Shown here in pieces: positions 53,054 through 61,910 of a stretch of 64,000 nucleotides of DNA. Origin of the DNA: Eubacteriales bacterium (GTDB lineage: Bacteria > Bacillota > Clostridia > Oscillospirales > CAG-382); contig JAZNCU010000018.1 of the NCBI GenBank assembly GCA_045587745.1, forward strand, positions 3,434-67,433, in the 5' to 3' direction. The position numbers and the translations under genes are program-made. The notes below the pieces were generated by a model, which saw only the letters and a list, made by a program, of their open reading frames with translations, did not search any database and was not told the DNA's origin. Position 1 is the stretch's first letter, and the number at the start of each line of letters is the position of its first letter.

Positions 53054-53946
53054 AGGGGCCCGATGTACTGTTCAGATACCTGCCGTTTCGCATTTCAAAA
53101 GCGGTGATGTCGCTCCCATCGGGCATACTCGGTAACGCAAACGAAATACGTCTGCGCTCGGGGGGTGCGCTTACCGTAACATCGGGCGGCAAAAATATCC
53201 CCGTCTCGTCAAACGGCCGTCCCTGCAGGCTCAGCGAGGCAGTCAGGACAACGAAAAGCGAGATTGAGGAATGTGTTGCACTCATCACCCAAGGCTCGCT
53301 GTACCGTTACGACGACTGTGTTTCGCAGGGGTTTGTGCCTCTGCCCGAGGGCGGCAGAGCAGGCATTTGCGGAAAAGCGTTGGTGCGTGACGGAAGGATA
53401 ATCGGATTTTCGGAGATACTTTCGGTCAATCTGCGTATACACAGGAGCGTAAACTCGTTTGCTGAGCCGCTTATACGGCAATTCGGGCGTAACGGGATTT
53501 CGGGAGCAATCGTAATATCTCCGCCCGGGGTGGGCAAGACCACCTTCCTCAGATCAGCGGCATTTTTACTCGCAACGGGTGACGGCACCGATTGCCACAG
53601 GGTTGGTATTGCGGACGAGCGGGAGGAGCTTACTGCCGGGCTTGACTGCATAGGTATGACCGATATAATCACCGGAGTCAAAAAGGAAAGGGCTATTGAA
53701 ATGCTTGTCAGGACGATGTCCCCCGAGGTGATAATCTGCGATGAAATATCCCCCTCCGAGGAGGCAGGCGTTATGGCGGCGCTTAACACGGGAGTAAGTG
53801 TAATTGCATCGGCACACGCAACCGACCTGCAAATGCTGATGGCACGAAAGGGCATGAGAGATATGCTTCTTTCGGGGGCATTCAAAACGGCGGTCGAGCT
53901 CGGAGCCGATAAGGACGGGCGCACCGTGAGGCTTGTTGAGATATGA
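53050..53946 (+). CDS. spoIIIAA: stage III sporulation protein AA (ATPase)
   Basis: Walker A SPPGVGKTT. ATGA overlap with spoVB. Start trimmed from 52852. Confidence 0.88.
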   Translation: MKGPDVLFRYLPFRISKAVMSLPSGILGNANEIRLRSGGALTVTSGGKNIPVSSNGRPCRLSEAVRTTKSEIEECVALITQGSLYRYDDCVSQGFVPLPEGGRAGICGKALVRDGRIIGFSEILSVNLRIHRSVNSFAEPLIRQFGRNGISGAIVISPPGVGKTTFLRSAAFLLATGDGTDCHRVGIADEREELTAGLDCIGMTDIITGVKKERAIEMLVRTMSPEVIICDEISPSEEAGVMAALNTGVSVIASAHATDLQMLMARKGMRDMLLSGAFKTAVELGADKDGRTVRLVEI

Positions 53947-54431
53947 GATATATTTTGTGCGTGCTTATCGTGCTGTGCGCTTATATGGCAGGCTCGGCGG
54001 CGGCAAAAAGCGAAAAAGAAAGGCTGACGACCCTGTCCTCGGCACGGTCGTTTTTACGGTTTATACTGCACCGTACCGAATATACCCACGACTCGGTGTG
54101 CGAAATCTTTTTACATTTCCGCAACGAAACGCTTGAAAGGAACGGCTTTTTGGCTCTGCTCAACTCGGGCGGAGTACGGAGAATGAACGAAAGGTGGACA
54201 AAAGCCACCCTTCTGCTCGGCTTGCCAAAACGCTCCGAGGAGGCGTTTTTGCGGCTTGGAGAGGAGCTCGGAAGGCTCAGCTATGAGGAGCAGAGGAATC
54301 GGATCCTGCTTTGCGACAGTATACTCAAAACCGACGAGGATGAGCTCGGCTCCTCCCTGCCCTCCCGCACAAAATGCATCCGTACCGTAAGCACTCTCGC
54401 AGGGCTTCTTGCGGGAATATTAATAATTTGA
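53943..54431 (+). CDS. spoIIIAB: stage III sporulation protein AB
   Basis: Position in the operon, N-terminal TM, size 162 aa, ATGA overlap. Confidence 0.8.
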   Translation: MRYILCVLIVLCAYMAGSAAAKSEKERLTTLSSARSFLRFILHRTEYTHDSVCEIFLHFRNETLERNGFLALLNSGGVRRMNERWTKATLLLGLPKRSEEAFLRLGEELGRLSYEEQRNRILLCDSILKTDEDELGSSLPSRTKCIRTVSTLAGLLAGILII

Positions 54432-54439
54432 GGTAGCCG

Positions 54440-54634
54440 ATGAACGTTGCTTTAATACTGAAAATCGCAGGCGTGGGACTGATTGTGAGCGTTGCGGCAC
54501 AAATCCTGCAAAAAAACGGACGTGACGAACAGGCGACCTTTGTGGTTATTGCAGGCGTGGTGATGGTAATGATGCTGCTCGTGCAGGAAATAAGCTCGCT
54601 GTTCTCGGCGCTGAGGAGCGCATTCGGGCTTTGA
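54440..54634 (+). CDS. spoIIIAC: stage III sporulation protein AC
   Basis: 64-aa two-TM protein, LKIAGVGLIVSV...LQKNGRDEQA. Confidence 0.85.
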   Translation: MNVALILKIAGVGLIVSVAAQILQKNGRDEQATFVVIAGVVMVMMLLVQEISSLFSALRSAFGL

Positions 54635-55011
54635 GCGTTCTGTCGGTATGCGTTTTTGCGATTGCAAGCGCAGGTATCCTGGCGCTTTTGCGGCAGCTCC
54701 GCCCCGAGCTTGCCGCAGTATCGGGTGCGCTGGCAGGCACGGTGATTTTGGCGTACTGCATAAGCGGATTTGCGCCCTACGTAGCGGAGCTCAAGGGATT
54801 TGTCGAGGAAAGCGGCGCCGAGGGAGCTTTTAGCCTGCTTATAAAGGCGCTGTCGATGGCAGTCTGCTGTCAGTTTTCTGCCGATATATGCCGTGACTGC
54901 GGCGAAAATGCGCTTGCAGCCCGAGTTGAAACAGCAGGAAAAATAGGAATTATCATCATCAGCCTTCCGACCGTATCGGAGCTGATCTTAATAGCAAAGG
55001 ACCTGATGTGA
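54631..55011 (+). CDS. spoIIIAD: stage III sporulation protein AD
   Basis: 126-aa polytopic protein, TTG start overlapping the spoIIIAC stop, ETAGKIGIIIISLP block. Confidence 0.82.
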   Translation: MSVLSVCVFAIASAGILALLRQLRPELAAVSGALAGTVILAYCISGFAPYVAELKGFVEESGAEGAFSLLIKALSMAVCCQFSADICRDCGENALAARVETAGKIGIIIISLPTVSELILIAKDLM

Positions 55012-56117
55012 TGAAAATTTACCGTGCTTTTGCAATACTTCCGTTAATACCCCTGATATGGAGCCTTTTGCTCTCTGCCTCCGCCTACTCCGACCCCGAA
55101 ACCTCCTTTATTGCCGACGAGGCGGGAATATACGACGTGAGCAACGATTATATAGACGCCGAGGAGCAAAGCGGTGACAAGAGCATAAATGTTTTTCAAA
55201 AAGCTCTTTCGCTGACCGTTGAGGCGCTTAAGGACGGCGGAAAAACCGTTTTGAATTCGTTTGGAACAATACTTGCGGTGCTTGTGTTGGCATCGGTTAT
55301 GGGCGCACTCAAGAACACCGCACGGTCGGAGACGATGTCAAACACCTACGATTTCGTTTCGATCATAGCGCTGTCGGCAGCAGCCTATGCGTCGTTTTAC
55401 AGGCTTTTTGTCTACGTAAAGGCGACACTTGAGGCTCTCTCGCTCGCAATGACAAGCCTTCTGCCCGTTATGGCATCGCTGTACGTTATGGGCGGAAATA
55501 CCGTTGCGGCAAGCGCATCGCTGCACGGAATGCTTACGTTTTTGTCGGTGATCACGCTCATATCCGCAAAGGTTATTATGCCGCTTTTGCAGATCTCCTT
55601 TGCGCTCTGTCTTGCAGGCGCAATTCCGGGCTCGGTCGACCTTAGCCCTTCGGTATCGCTGCTCCGATCCACGGCAACCACCGTAATGGCGTTTTTGTTC
55701 ACCCTGCTCGGGTTTTCGCTCTATCTGCAAACCTCTATTGCGGCGGCAGGAGATAACTACGTCACACGCAGTGTGCGGTTTGCATCGGGGGTGTTCGTAC
55801 CGGTCATCGGAGGTATGCTGGGCGATGCCTCACGCACCGTGATCGCCTCGGTATCGGTAATAAAATCCACCGTCAGTGCATCGGGCGTGGTTATGATACT
55901 CGGAATCCTGCTTCCTCCGATAATAACGGTGATTTTGTACCGCCTCGGGCTCACGTGCTGCACATCGGCGGCAAGAATGCTGTCCTGCGAGCGCGAGGCA
56001 CGCTTTTTGGGAGAGCTGGGCGGAATAACGGGGGTTCTGCTTGCGTTGCTTATCGGGTGCACGGCGGTATGCCTTGTTTCAATGGCTCTGCTTATAAAGA
56101 TAGGAGTGGCTGTATGA
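55008..56117 (+). CDS. spoIIIAE: stage III sporulation protein AE
   Basis: Signal peptide plus a polytopic ~370-aa protein at the expected operon position. Confidence 0.82.
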   Translation: MMKIYRAFAILPLIPLIWSLLLSASAYSDPETSFIADEAGIYDVSNDYIDAEEQSGDKSINVFQKALSLTVEALKDGGKTVLNSFGTILAVLVLASVMGALKNTARSETMSNTYDFVSIIALSAAAYASFYRLFVYVKATLEALSLAMTSLLPVMASLYVMGGNTVAASASLHGMLTFLSVITLISAKVIMPLLQISFALCLAGAIPGSVDLSPSVSLLRSTATTVMAFLFTLLGFSLYLQTSIAAAGDNYVTRSVRFASGVFVPVIGGMLGDASRTVIASVSVIKSTVSASGVVMILGILLPPIITVILYRLGLTCCTSAARMLSCEREARFLGELGGITGVLLALLIGCTAVCLVSMALLIKIGVAV

Positions 56118-56563
56118 GCAGATATTTTATTGCGCTTTTGGTGACCTCGGTAGTGGGATCAATATGCACCCTGCTGGCATCGGCTAATTTTTCACGCTAT
56201 ATAAAATACGTAGCATCGCTGATATGCGTTTTTTTGATAATAACTCCGCTGAAGCAAATCGTGAGCGACGGTATGGCATACGAGATATCGATTCCGACCG
56301 AGGAGCTTTCGACACCCGACCTCTACGGGATAACCGCATCTATAGCGGAAGAAAAAACCGAATCATACATATCCGAAACGGTAATGGCGGAGTTTGGCAT
56401 AAAATATGCCTGTGCCGACATAGATATAGATTGGGACGGCTCCGAGCCGACCGTATACAAAACCGTGGTAACGGTTTCGGAGGACGGAACCGAAAAGCTG
56501 AGTGATATAGAGGCGTTTGTAAAGGAAATATTCGGCGGTGAGGTGAGCGTTATTGGAGAATAA
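56114..56563 (+). CDS. spoIIIAF: stage III sporulation protein AF
   Basis: ATG 56114 (ATGA overlap). Two N-terminal TM helices, 149 aa. Trimmed from ORF 55955..56563. Confidence 0.78.
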   Translation: MSRYFIALLVTSVVGSICTLLASANFSRYIKYVASLICVFLIITPLKQIVSDGMAYEISIPTEELSTPDLYGITASIAEEKTESYISETVMAEFGIKYACADIDIDWDGSEPTVYKTVVTVSEDGTEKLSDIEAFVKEIFGGEVSVIGE

Positions 56564-57080
56564 AAAATCGCTGTTACAGCTATGGAACCGAATAAAAAAC
56601 ACAAAAACGCTTCCGTATATCGTCATCGGTGCGGCGGCATTTTTCGTACTGTTGCTTTTCCCCGAGTCGGATGTCGGGAGCGAAGCCGAGCCAAGCGGCA
56701 CTGCCGTCACCTCGGCAGAATACTGCGCTCTGCTCGAGAGCAAGGCAGAGGAGCTTATATGCTATCTGGCGGAGGTCAAGGACTGCTCGGTTTTTATTAC
56801 CCTTTCGGAGGGCTATACCTATATTTACGCAACCGACCAGAAGGTAAACGAAACAAACTCGCCCGATAGCACCGGCTATTCGAAAAGCACCGAAAAAACG
56901 ATCGTACTTGCCGAAGCGGACGGCGACTCCCGCCCCATCCTCATCAATGAGAAAATGCCGGAGGTAGCAGGCGTTGCGGTGGTCTGTCGGGGAGCATCCT
57001 ACGAAACACAGTACAAGATAATCGAGCTGATGTGCGCTTTGTTTGACGTCAGCAGTAACAAGATCAGTGTTCAGACATAA
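56553..57080 (+). CDS. spoIIIAG: stage III sporulation protein AG
   Basis: N-terminal TM. C-terminal EVAGVAVVCRGA...IELMCALFDVSSNKISV block typical of SpoIIIAG. Confidence 0.82.
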   Translation: MENKKSLLQLWNRIKNTKTLPYIVIGAAAFFVLLLFPESDVGSEAEPSGTAVTSAEYCALLESKAEELICYLAEVKDCSVFITLSEGYTYIYATDQKVNETNSPDSTGYSKSTEKTIVLAEADGDSRPILINEKMPEVAGVAVVCRGASYETQYKIIELMCALFDVSSNKISVQT

Positions 57081-57101
57081 TTCATATACACGGAGGAGAA
57101 T

Positions 57102-57728
57102 ATGAGAATCAAAGAGAAGCTTTCCAAGGTATGGAGCAGGGTTAAGGAATACGACTACAAAAAGATCGTCACCACAAAAGCGTTTATCGCCTCGAGCTGT
57201 GTGCTGATGGTATGCGTTGCGGTATTGATCAGCACTCTGGTCGGAGGCGGTACGGGCAGCAGAAGCGAAACCTCGGAGGAGGGCAACAAAATTCTGGGCA
57301 ACAGCATTCTCGTTGATGCCGAGGTAAGCGGAAGCACCAATGAGGATGTCGACACCGACGTAAGTAATACCGAGGACTTTTTTGCGATGGCAATAATCAA
57401 CCGGACACAGGTGCGTGATTCTGCCATCGAGGTGCTTCGCGAGATTGCAGAGAGCCCCGACTCGCTTCCCGATGCCAAGGAGGATGCGCTTGCCTCGATT
57501 GCCGAGATAGCCGACGATATGAGCGCCGAGGCGAATATCGAAACGCTTATCAAGGCAAAGGGAATTGCCGATTGCATTGCGGTAATAAGCGATAATACCT
57601 GCTCGGTAGTGGTCAACACGTCCGGTCTGCTTCCCGAGGAGCTGGTACAGATCACCGAGATCGTATATGAGCAGGCAGGAATTCCCGTTGCGAATATTAC
57701 GGTAGTCGAAGCGAAAAAATCCGAATAA
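57102..57728 (+). CDS. spoIIIAH: stage III sporulation protein AH
   Basis: N-terminal TM and a C-terminal YscJ/FliF-like region. Last gene of the operon. Confidence 0.78.
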   Translation: MRIKEKLSKVWSRVKEYDYKKIVTTKAFIASSCVLMVCVAVLISTLVGGGTGSRSETSEEGNKILGNSILVDAEVSGSTNEDVDTDVSNTEDFFAMAIINRTQVRDSAIEVLREIAESPDSLPDAKEDALASIAEIADDMSAEANIETLIKAKGIADCIAVISDNTCSVVVNTSGLLPEELVQITEIVYEQAGIPVANITVVEAKKSE

Positions 57729-57736
57729 GCAAAAAA

Positions 57737-57768
57737 CAATGCTTCCCGAACAAAAACGGGAAGCATTG
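57737..57768. terminator. bidirectional terminator
   Basis: CAATGCTTCCCG-aacaaaaa-CGGGAAGCATTG, a perfect 12-bp stem between convergent genes. Confidence 0.8.
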
Positions 57769-57786
57769 CTTGCTTTATATGTTTTA

Positions 57787-58260
57787 TCAGCCTTTGGGAG
57801 TATTGTCGGAGGTCCAGGTTACGTAATACATAATGATCTCGGTGCCATCGGTAACGACCGCATCCGACTCAACGTTGTTGATGCCGTCAATAGAAAACAG
57901 CCACTTGCCGATGTTCTGAACGTACTCGGAAACCTGCTCACTGCCGTCAATATAGTCGTTAAGACCTGCGAATTTGATCTCGCCGTCAACCTCCACGGTA
58001 TTACAGGTAACGCCGTCAACGTTTTTGTCAAGATAATCAATTACGTCGAGAATGGTAACCTGATCGCCGCTGACACTGACAGTGCCCTCATAAAGTGTCT
58101 CGTCCTGCTCGAAATCCGCAAGAAGAAGCTGATCGTCTTTGCCGATAGTTCCTACGTAAATCTTTACGTTAACGTTTGCAACAGCCTCTTCGCCGCAGGA
58201 GGTAAGGAGGCAGGACACAAGCACAAGAACCGCCATAGCGAGTGCAACAAATTTTTTCAT
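57787..58260 (-). CDS. lipoprotein, DUF4430-like
   Basis: ATG 58260 follows AAGGAG. Lipobox LLTSC. Mature domain of ~135 aa. The family label is tentative. Confidence 0.65.
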   Translation of the reverse strand: MKKFVALAMAVLVLVSCLLTSCGEEAVANVNVKIYVGTIGKDDQLLLADFEQDETLYEGTVSVSGDQVTILDVIDYLDKNVDGVTCNTVEVDGEIKFAGLNDYIDGSEQVSEYVQNIGKWLFSIDGINNVESDAVVTDGTEIIMYYVTWTSDNTPKG

Positions 58261-58362
58261 CTTCAAATCTCCTTTGGTATTTATTGTTCCTTGTATATTA
58301 TAGATGCAAATAAGCATTTTGTCAACAGATATATGTGCAAAAACAATAATTACTGTAGCTTA

Positions 58363-58391
58363 TTGCAAAATGACCTTGGTTGTGTTATAAT
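58363..58391 (+). promoter_or_regulatory. sigma-70-like promoter
   Basis: TTGCAA (58363-58368), 17-nt spacer, TATAAT (58386-58391). Confidence 0.5.
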
Positions 58392-58426
58392 GAGAAAACA
58401 AGTTAATGTATGAAAGTGAGGACGCT

Positions 58427-60052
58427 ATGAAAACGGTTGATTATTACGGAGATTTTTCTATCACTTCGGTTGAGCGGAGCGATTTTACGCCGAGCAACGA
58501 AAGATGCAATCTGTTACTCGGGCTTCCCTGCAAAATTAAAAACTTCGAAAATATTTCTGATCAGCACAAAACCGATTGGTTCAATTCCCCCGTAAGTGAA
58601 AAGGGGCTTACCGACGGGCTTTATGCCTCGGTTGCCACCTGCCACGATCCGGCGTTCTTCCGCTTTACGGCAGGTATGGCGAGGAGTATTCTGTTTGACC
58701 TCGGCGGTATATGCTCAGCCGACTCGGTGCGCATCGGCGCACTCAAGGAGGACAGCACGGGTGTAAGGCTCCCCGTAAGGATTTCGGTGCTCGTCTCCGA
58801 GAACGGCGAGGGTTGGGAAACCGTGTGCGAGCTTACAGGCTTCGACAGCAAAAATCCCGAGGATGTGATACGCCTTGAAAAAAGCTTTGGCAAATCGGTC
58901 AGAGCCAGATACGTAAAATTCAATTTTGCCGTTGTAACGCATATATTTATCGATGAAATTGAGCTTTTCGGCTGTAAAAACGCTCTCGGAGCGCCCGTTG
59001 CTCCCGATAAATGCGGCGACAGCGAATATCCCGACAAATACGCTTCCACCGAGCAGCTCGGCGCAAAGGACGTGCTTTTGGCTTATTTTTGCCACAAGAA
59101 CCTCGCCCCCATCACCACCGACATCTTTCTGCCTCACGTTGCTTATATGGAAGGGGACGAAATAAAGGATACCCTGTTCGACAGCTACCTGTTTCTTCCT
59201 TACGTTGCCTATCTCTATGAGGGCTACAAAAAGCGTCCGCTCAAAAAAGAGGACTGGCAGTATTATATCGATCAGCAATACAGCGAGGGCGTAAATATGG
59301 ATGCGCTCGAGGAGGCCGCCGCCATCGTTGGCGAAAAGCTTGGCATTCCCGATTTTAAGGTGAGCGTGTTCCTATCCATTCTTTACCCTGTCAGCGAGGT
59401 AAGCGAGTTTGGCGAGATCGACGGAAGAAACCTTAATTTTTCGGACGTGGAGGACCGTAAGGCAGCACTCAAATGGCTTATTGACGAGCAGTACGAGGGA
59501 TTTAAGAAAAAGAACTACAAGCATATCACCCTCAACGGCTTTTACTGGTTTACCGAGGAGATCAGCTACGGCGATACCCAGCTGATCGAGATGCTCAGGT
59601 ATACCACCGACTATGTGCGCTCGCTGGGGCTCATCACTACCTGGATTCCCTATTATCACGCAAGCGGCTTTAACGATTGGCGGAACCTCGGCTTTGACGT
59701 TGTGTGCTATCAGCCCAACTATGCGTTCAATCAGGGCGTTCCCGATATCCGTCTTTTTGATGCCGCATCAACGGCAAAGCTGCTCGGAATGTGCATCGAG
59801 CTCGAGATAGGCGGAACGCAGGACTGGCACATTGAAAGGATCAAAAAATACTATGCCGCAGGTGCGCTGACCGGCTATATGAAGGATGCCGCACATATGT
59901 ACTATCAGGGCGGTGTTCCCGGTGAATATTACAAAGCGTACAAATCCGATGATCCCCTGCTTCACTCGGTCTATACCGATACCTATAAGTTTATCAAGGG
60001 AACCTTTGATCCCAGCAACGTAAAATTTGACATTCCGGAGGACAACAAATGA
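58427..60052 (+). CDS. cytoplasmic discoidin-domain + DUF4855-like protein (paralogue of 2228..4312)
   Basis: No signal peptide. LTDGLYAS...ARYVKFNF...IDEIELFG, then FLPHVAY...DTLFDS, KWLIDE, QPNYAFN and YKFIKGT blocks shared with 2228..4312. ATG 58406 is an alternative start. Confidence 0.75.
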   Translation: MKTVDYYGDFSITSVERSDFTPSNERCNLLLGLPCKIKNFENISDQHKTDWFNSPVSEKGLTDGLYASVATCHDPAFFRFTAGMARSILFDLGGICSADSVRIGALKEDSTGVRLPVRISVLVSENGEGWETVCELTGFDSKNPEDVIRLEKSFGKSVRARYVKFNFAVVTHIFIDEIELFGCKNALGAPVAPDKCGDSEYPDKYASTEQLGAKDVLLAYFCHKNLAPITTDIFLPHVAYMEGDEIKDTLFDSYLFLPYVAYLYEGYKKRPLKKEDWQYYIDQQYSEGVNMDALEEAAAIVGEKLGIPDFKVSVFLSILYPVSEVSEFGEIDGRNLNFSDVEDRKAALKWLIDEQYEGFKKKNYKHITLNGFYWFTEEISYGDTQLIEMLRYTTDYVRSLGLITTWIPYYHASGFNDWRNLGFDVVCYQPNYAFNQGVPDIRLFDAASTAKLLGMCIELEIGGTQDWHIERIKKYYAAGALTGYMKDAAHMYYQGGVPGEYYKAYKSDDPLLHSVYTDTYKFIKGTFDPSNVKFDIPEDNK

Positions 60053-60336
60053 TCAATAAAATCAAAGATGCCAACACCGATAAGCTCGCCGAGGCGATTG
60101 CCAGCATAAAGACCGTTGACGAGGCGTACCGCTTTATGGGCGACCTATGCACCATCAGCGAGATAACCGAAATGAGCAAAAGGCTCGTTGCGGCAGAGAT
60201 GCTCCGTGACGGTAACACCTATGCCGAGATTGCCGAAAAAACTCATCTCTCCACCGCCACTATCACCCGTGTAAACCGCACTCTCCGCTACGGAAACGAC
60301 GGTTATATTATGGTGCTTGACCGTATTGCAAAATGA
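60049..60336 (+). CDS. yerC: YerC/YecD family TrpR-like protein
   Basis: 95 aa. LCTISEITEMSKRLVAAEMLRDGNTYAEIAEKTHLSTATITRVNR pattern. ATGA overlap with the upstream gene. Confidence 0.85.
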   Translation: MINKIKDANTDKLAEAIASIKTVDEAYRFMGDLCTISEITEMSKRLVAAEMLRDGNTYAEIAEKTHLSTATITRVNRTLRYGNDGYIMVLDRIAK

Positions 60337-61052
60337 GTGCTTTTTCGCTGTTTTACGATGAGATTAACGGTAGTTCCTTTGAGAGCTACGCCGATTATCT
60401 CGAAAAAATTTTCAAGCAATCCGATATTCCCGTTAAAGAGGTGCTTGACCTCGGCTGCGGCACGGGCGGAATATGTGCCCTGCTGAGCGACAGAGGCTAC
60501 GATATGGTAGGCATTGACCTCTCTCCCGATATGCTTACGGTCGCACGGGAGCGAAACTCGGGCAAAAACACTCTGCTTCTGTGTCAGGATATGCGCTCCT
60601 TTGAACTGTACGGAACGGTGCAAGCGGTGTATTCCTCCTTTGACTGCATCAACTACCTTGAATCGGCCGAGGAACTGAGGGACGTTTTTTCGCTGGTACA
60701 TAACTATCTCGAGCCCGGCGGAGTTTTTGCCTTTGACGTCAATACCGAGTATCGCTACAGGGAGGTCTACGACGGCAAAAGCTACGTTTTTGAAAACGAA
60801 AACGGAATGCTGATACTGCGTGCAGGCTACGATGCCGACAAAAAAATTTGCGAATTTTATATAGACGGCTTTACCGACTGCGGCGACGGATATTACCGCC
60901 TTGACAGCGAGATACAAACCGAGAGACTGTTTTCGGACGATGAAATAATGAGCTGTACAGAGGGCTTTGAGCTGCTTGAAAAAAGCTGTGCAAAGGGCTT
61001 TGACGGCTGTGCACCCGACGAAAAAACATACTATGTATTCAAGAGGCAGTAA
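60333..61052 (+). CDS. class I SAM-dependent methyltransferase
   Basis: VLDLGCGTG motif I and GIDLSPDML. ATGA overlap with yerC. Confidence 0.85.
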   Translation: MSAFSLFYDEINGSSFESYADYLEKIFKQSDIPVKEVLDLGCGTGGICALLSDRGYDMVGIDLSPDMLTVARERNSGKNTLLLCQDMRSFELYGTVQAVYSSFDCINYLESAEELRDVFSLVHNYLEPGGVFAFDVNTEYRYREVYDGKSYVFENENGMLILRAGYDADKKICEFYIDGFTDCGDGYYRLDSEIQTERLFSDDEIMSCTEGFELLEKSCAKGFDGCAPDEKTYYVFKRQ

Positions 61053-61910
61053 ATGAAGGTTACAGATATTTTAGCATCAAAAAAAGTTACCGTATCCTGC
61101 GAGCTGTTTCCACCCAAGCACGGTACAGAGCTCGAAAAAGCACGTCACACGGTTGCCGAGACGGTTGATCTGCGTCCCGATTTTATTAGCGTGACCTACG
61201 GTGCGGCAGGAAACACAGCGCAATTTACCGCCGAGATTGCCGAGGAGGCAGTATCGAGAGGCGCATCGGTGGTAGCGCACCTTACCTGCGTTTCGGCTGA
61301 CAAAAGCGATGTTCACGAATATCTTGATACGCTCAAAAAATACTGTGTTGAAAACGTGCTTGCGCTCAGAGGCGATATGCCGCAGGGACGGGAGCCGAAA
61401 ACCGATTTTCTCCACGCCTCCGACCTGGCGCTCGAGATCGCAAAATACGGCGATTTTTGCATTGGCGGAGCCTGCTATCCCGAGGGACATCCCGAGGCAC
61501 CCTCGCTTGCATTTGATATTGAAACGCTCAAAATAAAATCGCAGTGCGGTATTTCATTCTTTACCTCACAGCTGTTTTTTGACAACGAGATTTTTTACGC
61601 ATTTCTTTCCAAGCTCCGCAGAGCCGGAGTTGACACCCCCGTTATTGCAGGCGTAATGCCGATTTTCAGAGCAAGCCAGCTTTCCAACGCACGCTCGCTA
61701 TCGGGTACAATGCTTCCCCGCAGACTGCGTGAGATAGTCGAGAGGTTTGGGGATGACCCTGCCGCAATGCGGCAGCCAGGCATTGCCTATGCCACCGAGC
61801 AGATAATCGACCTTATTGCCAACGGCGTTAACAACATCCACGTATATACAATGAACCGCCCCGATATTGCAGGGTGCATTCTTAACAATCTTTCGGAGAT
61901 CTGGAAATGA
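61053..61910 (+). CDS. metF: methylenetetrahydrofolate reductase
   Basis: SCELFPPK, ISVTYGAAG, ALRGD and TQLFFD blocks. Confidence 0.9.
   Translation: MKVTDILASKKVTVSCELFPPKHGTELEKARHTVAETVDLRPDFISVTYGAAGNTAQFTAEIAEEAVSRGASVVAHLTCVSADKSDVHEYLDTLKKYCVENVLALRGDMPQGREPKTDFLHASDLALEIAKYGDFCIGGACYPEGHPEAPSLAFDIETLKIKSQCGISFFTSQLFFDNEIFYAFLSKLRRAGVDTPVIAGVMPIFRASQLSNARSLSGTMLPRRLREIVERFGDDPAAMRQPGIAYATEQIIDLIANGVNNIHVYTMNRPDIAGCILNNLSEIWK

Noticed and set aside
4350-58317. N-terminal extensions given by the ORF track for many genes (starts 4350, 9279, 11430, 13732, 15488, 24874, 24291, 27526, 29004, 32699, 36006, 36062, 40957, 40993, 45927, 51407, 52852, 55955, 58317)
   Set aside because: In each case an internal ATG/GTG with a properly spaced Shine-Dalgarno sequence, an ATGA overlap with the upstream gene, or the start of the conserved domain or signal peptide indicates a shorter true CDS. 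The upstream residues are non-conserved-looking read-through.
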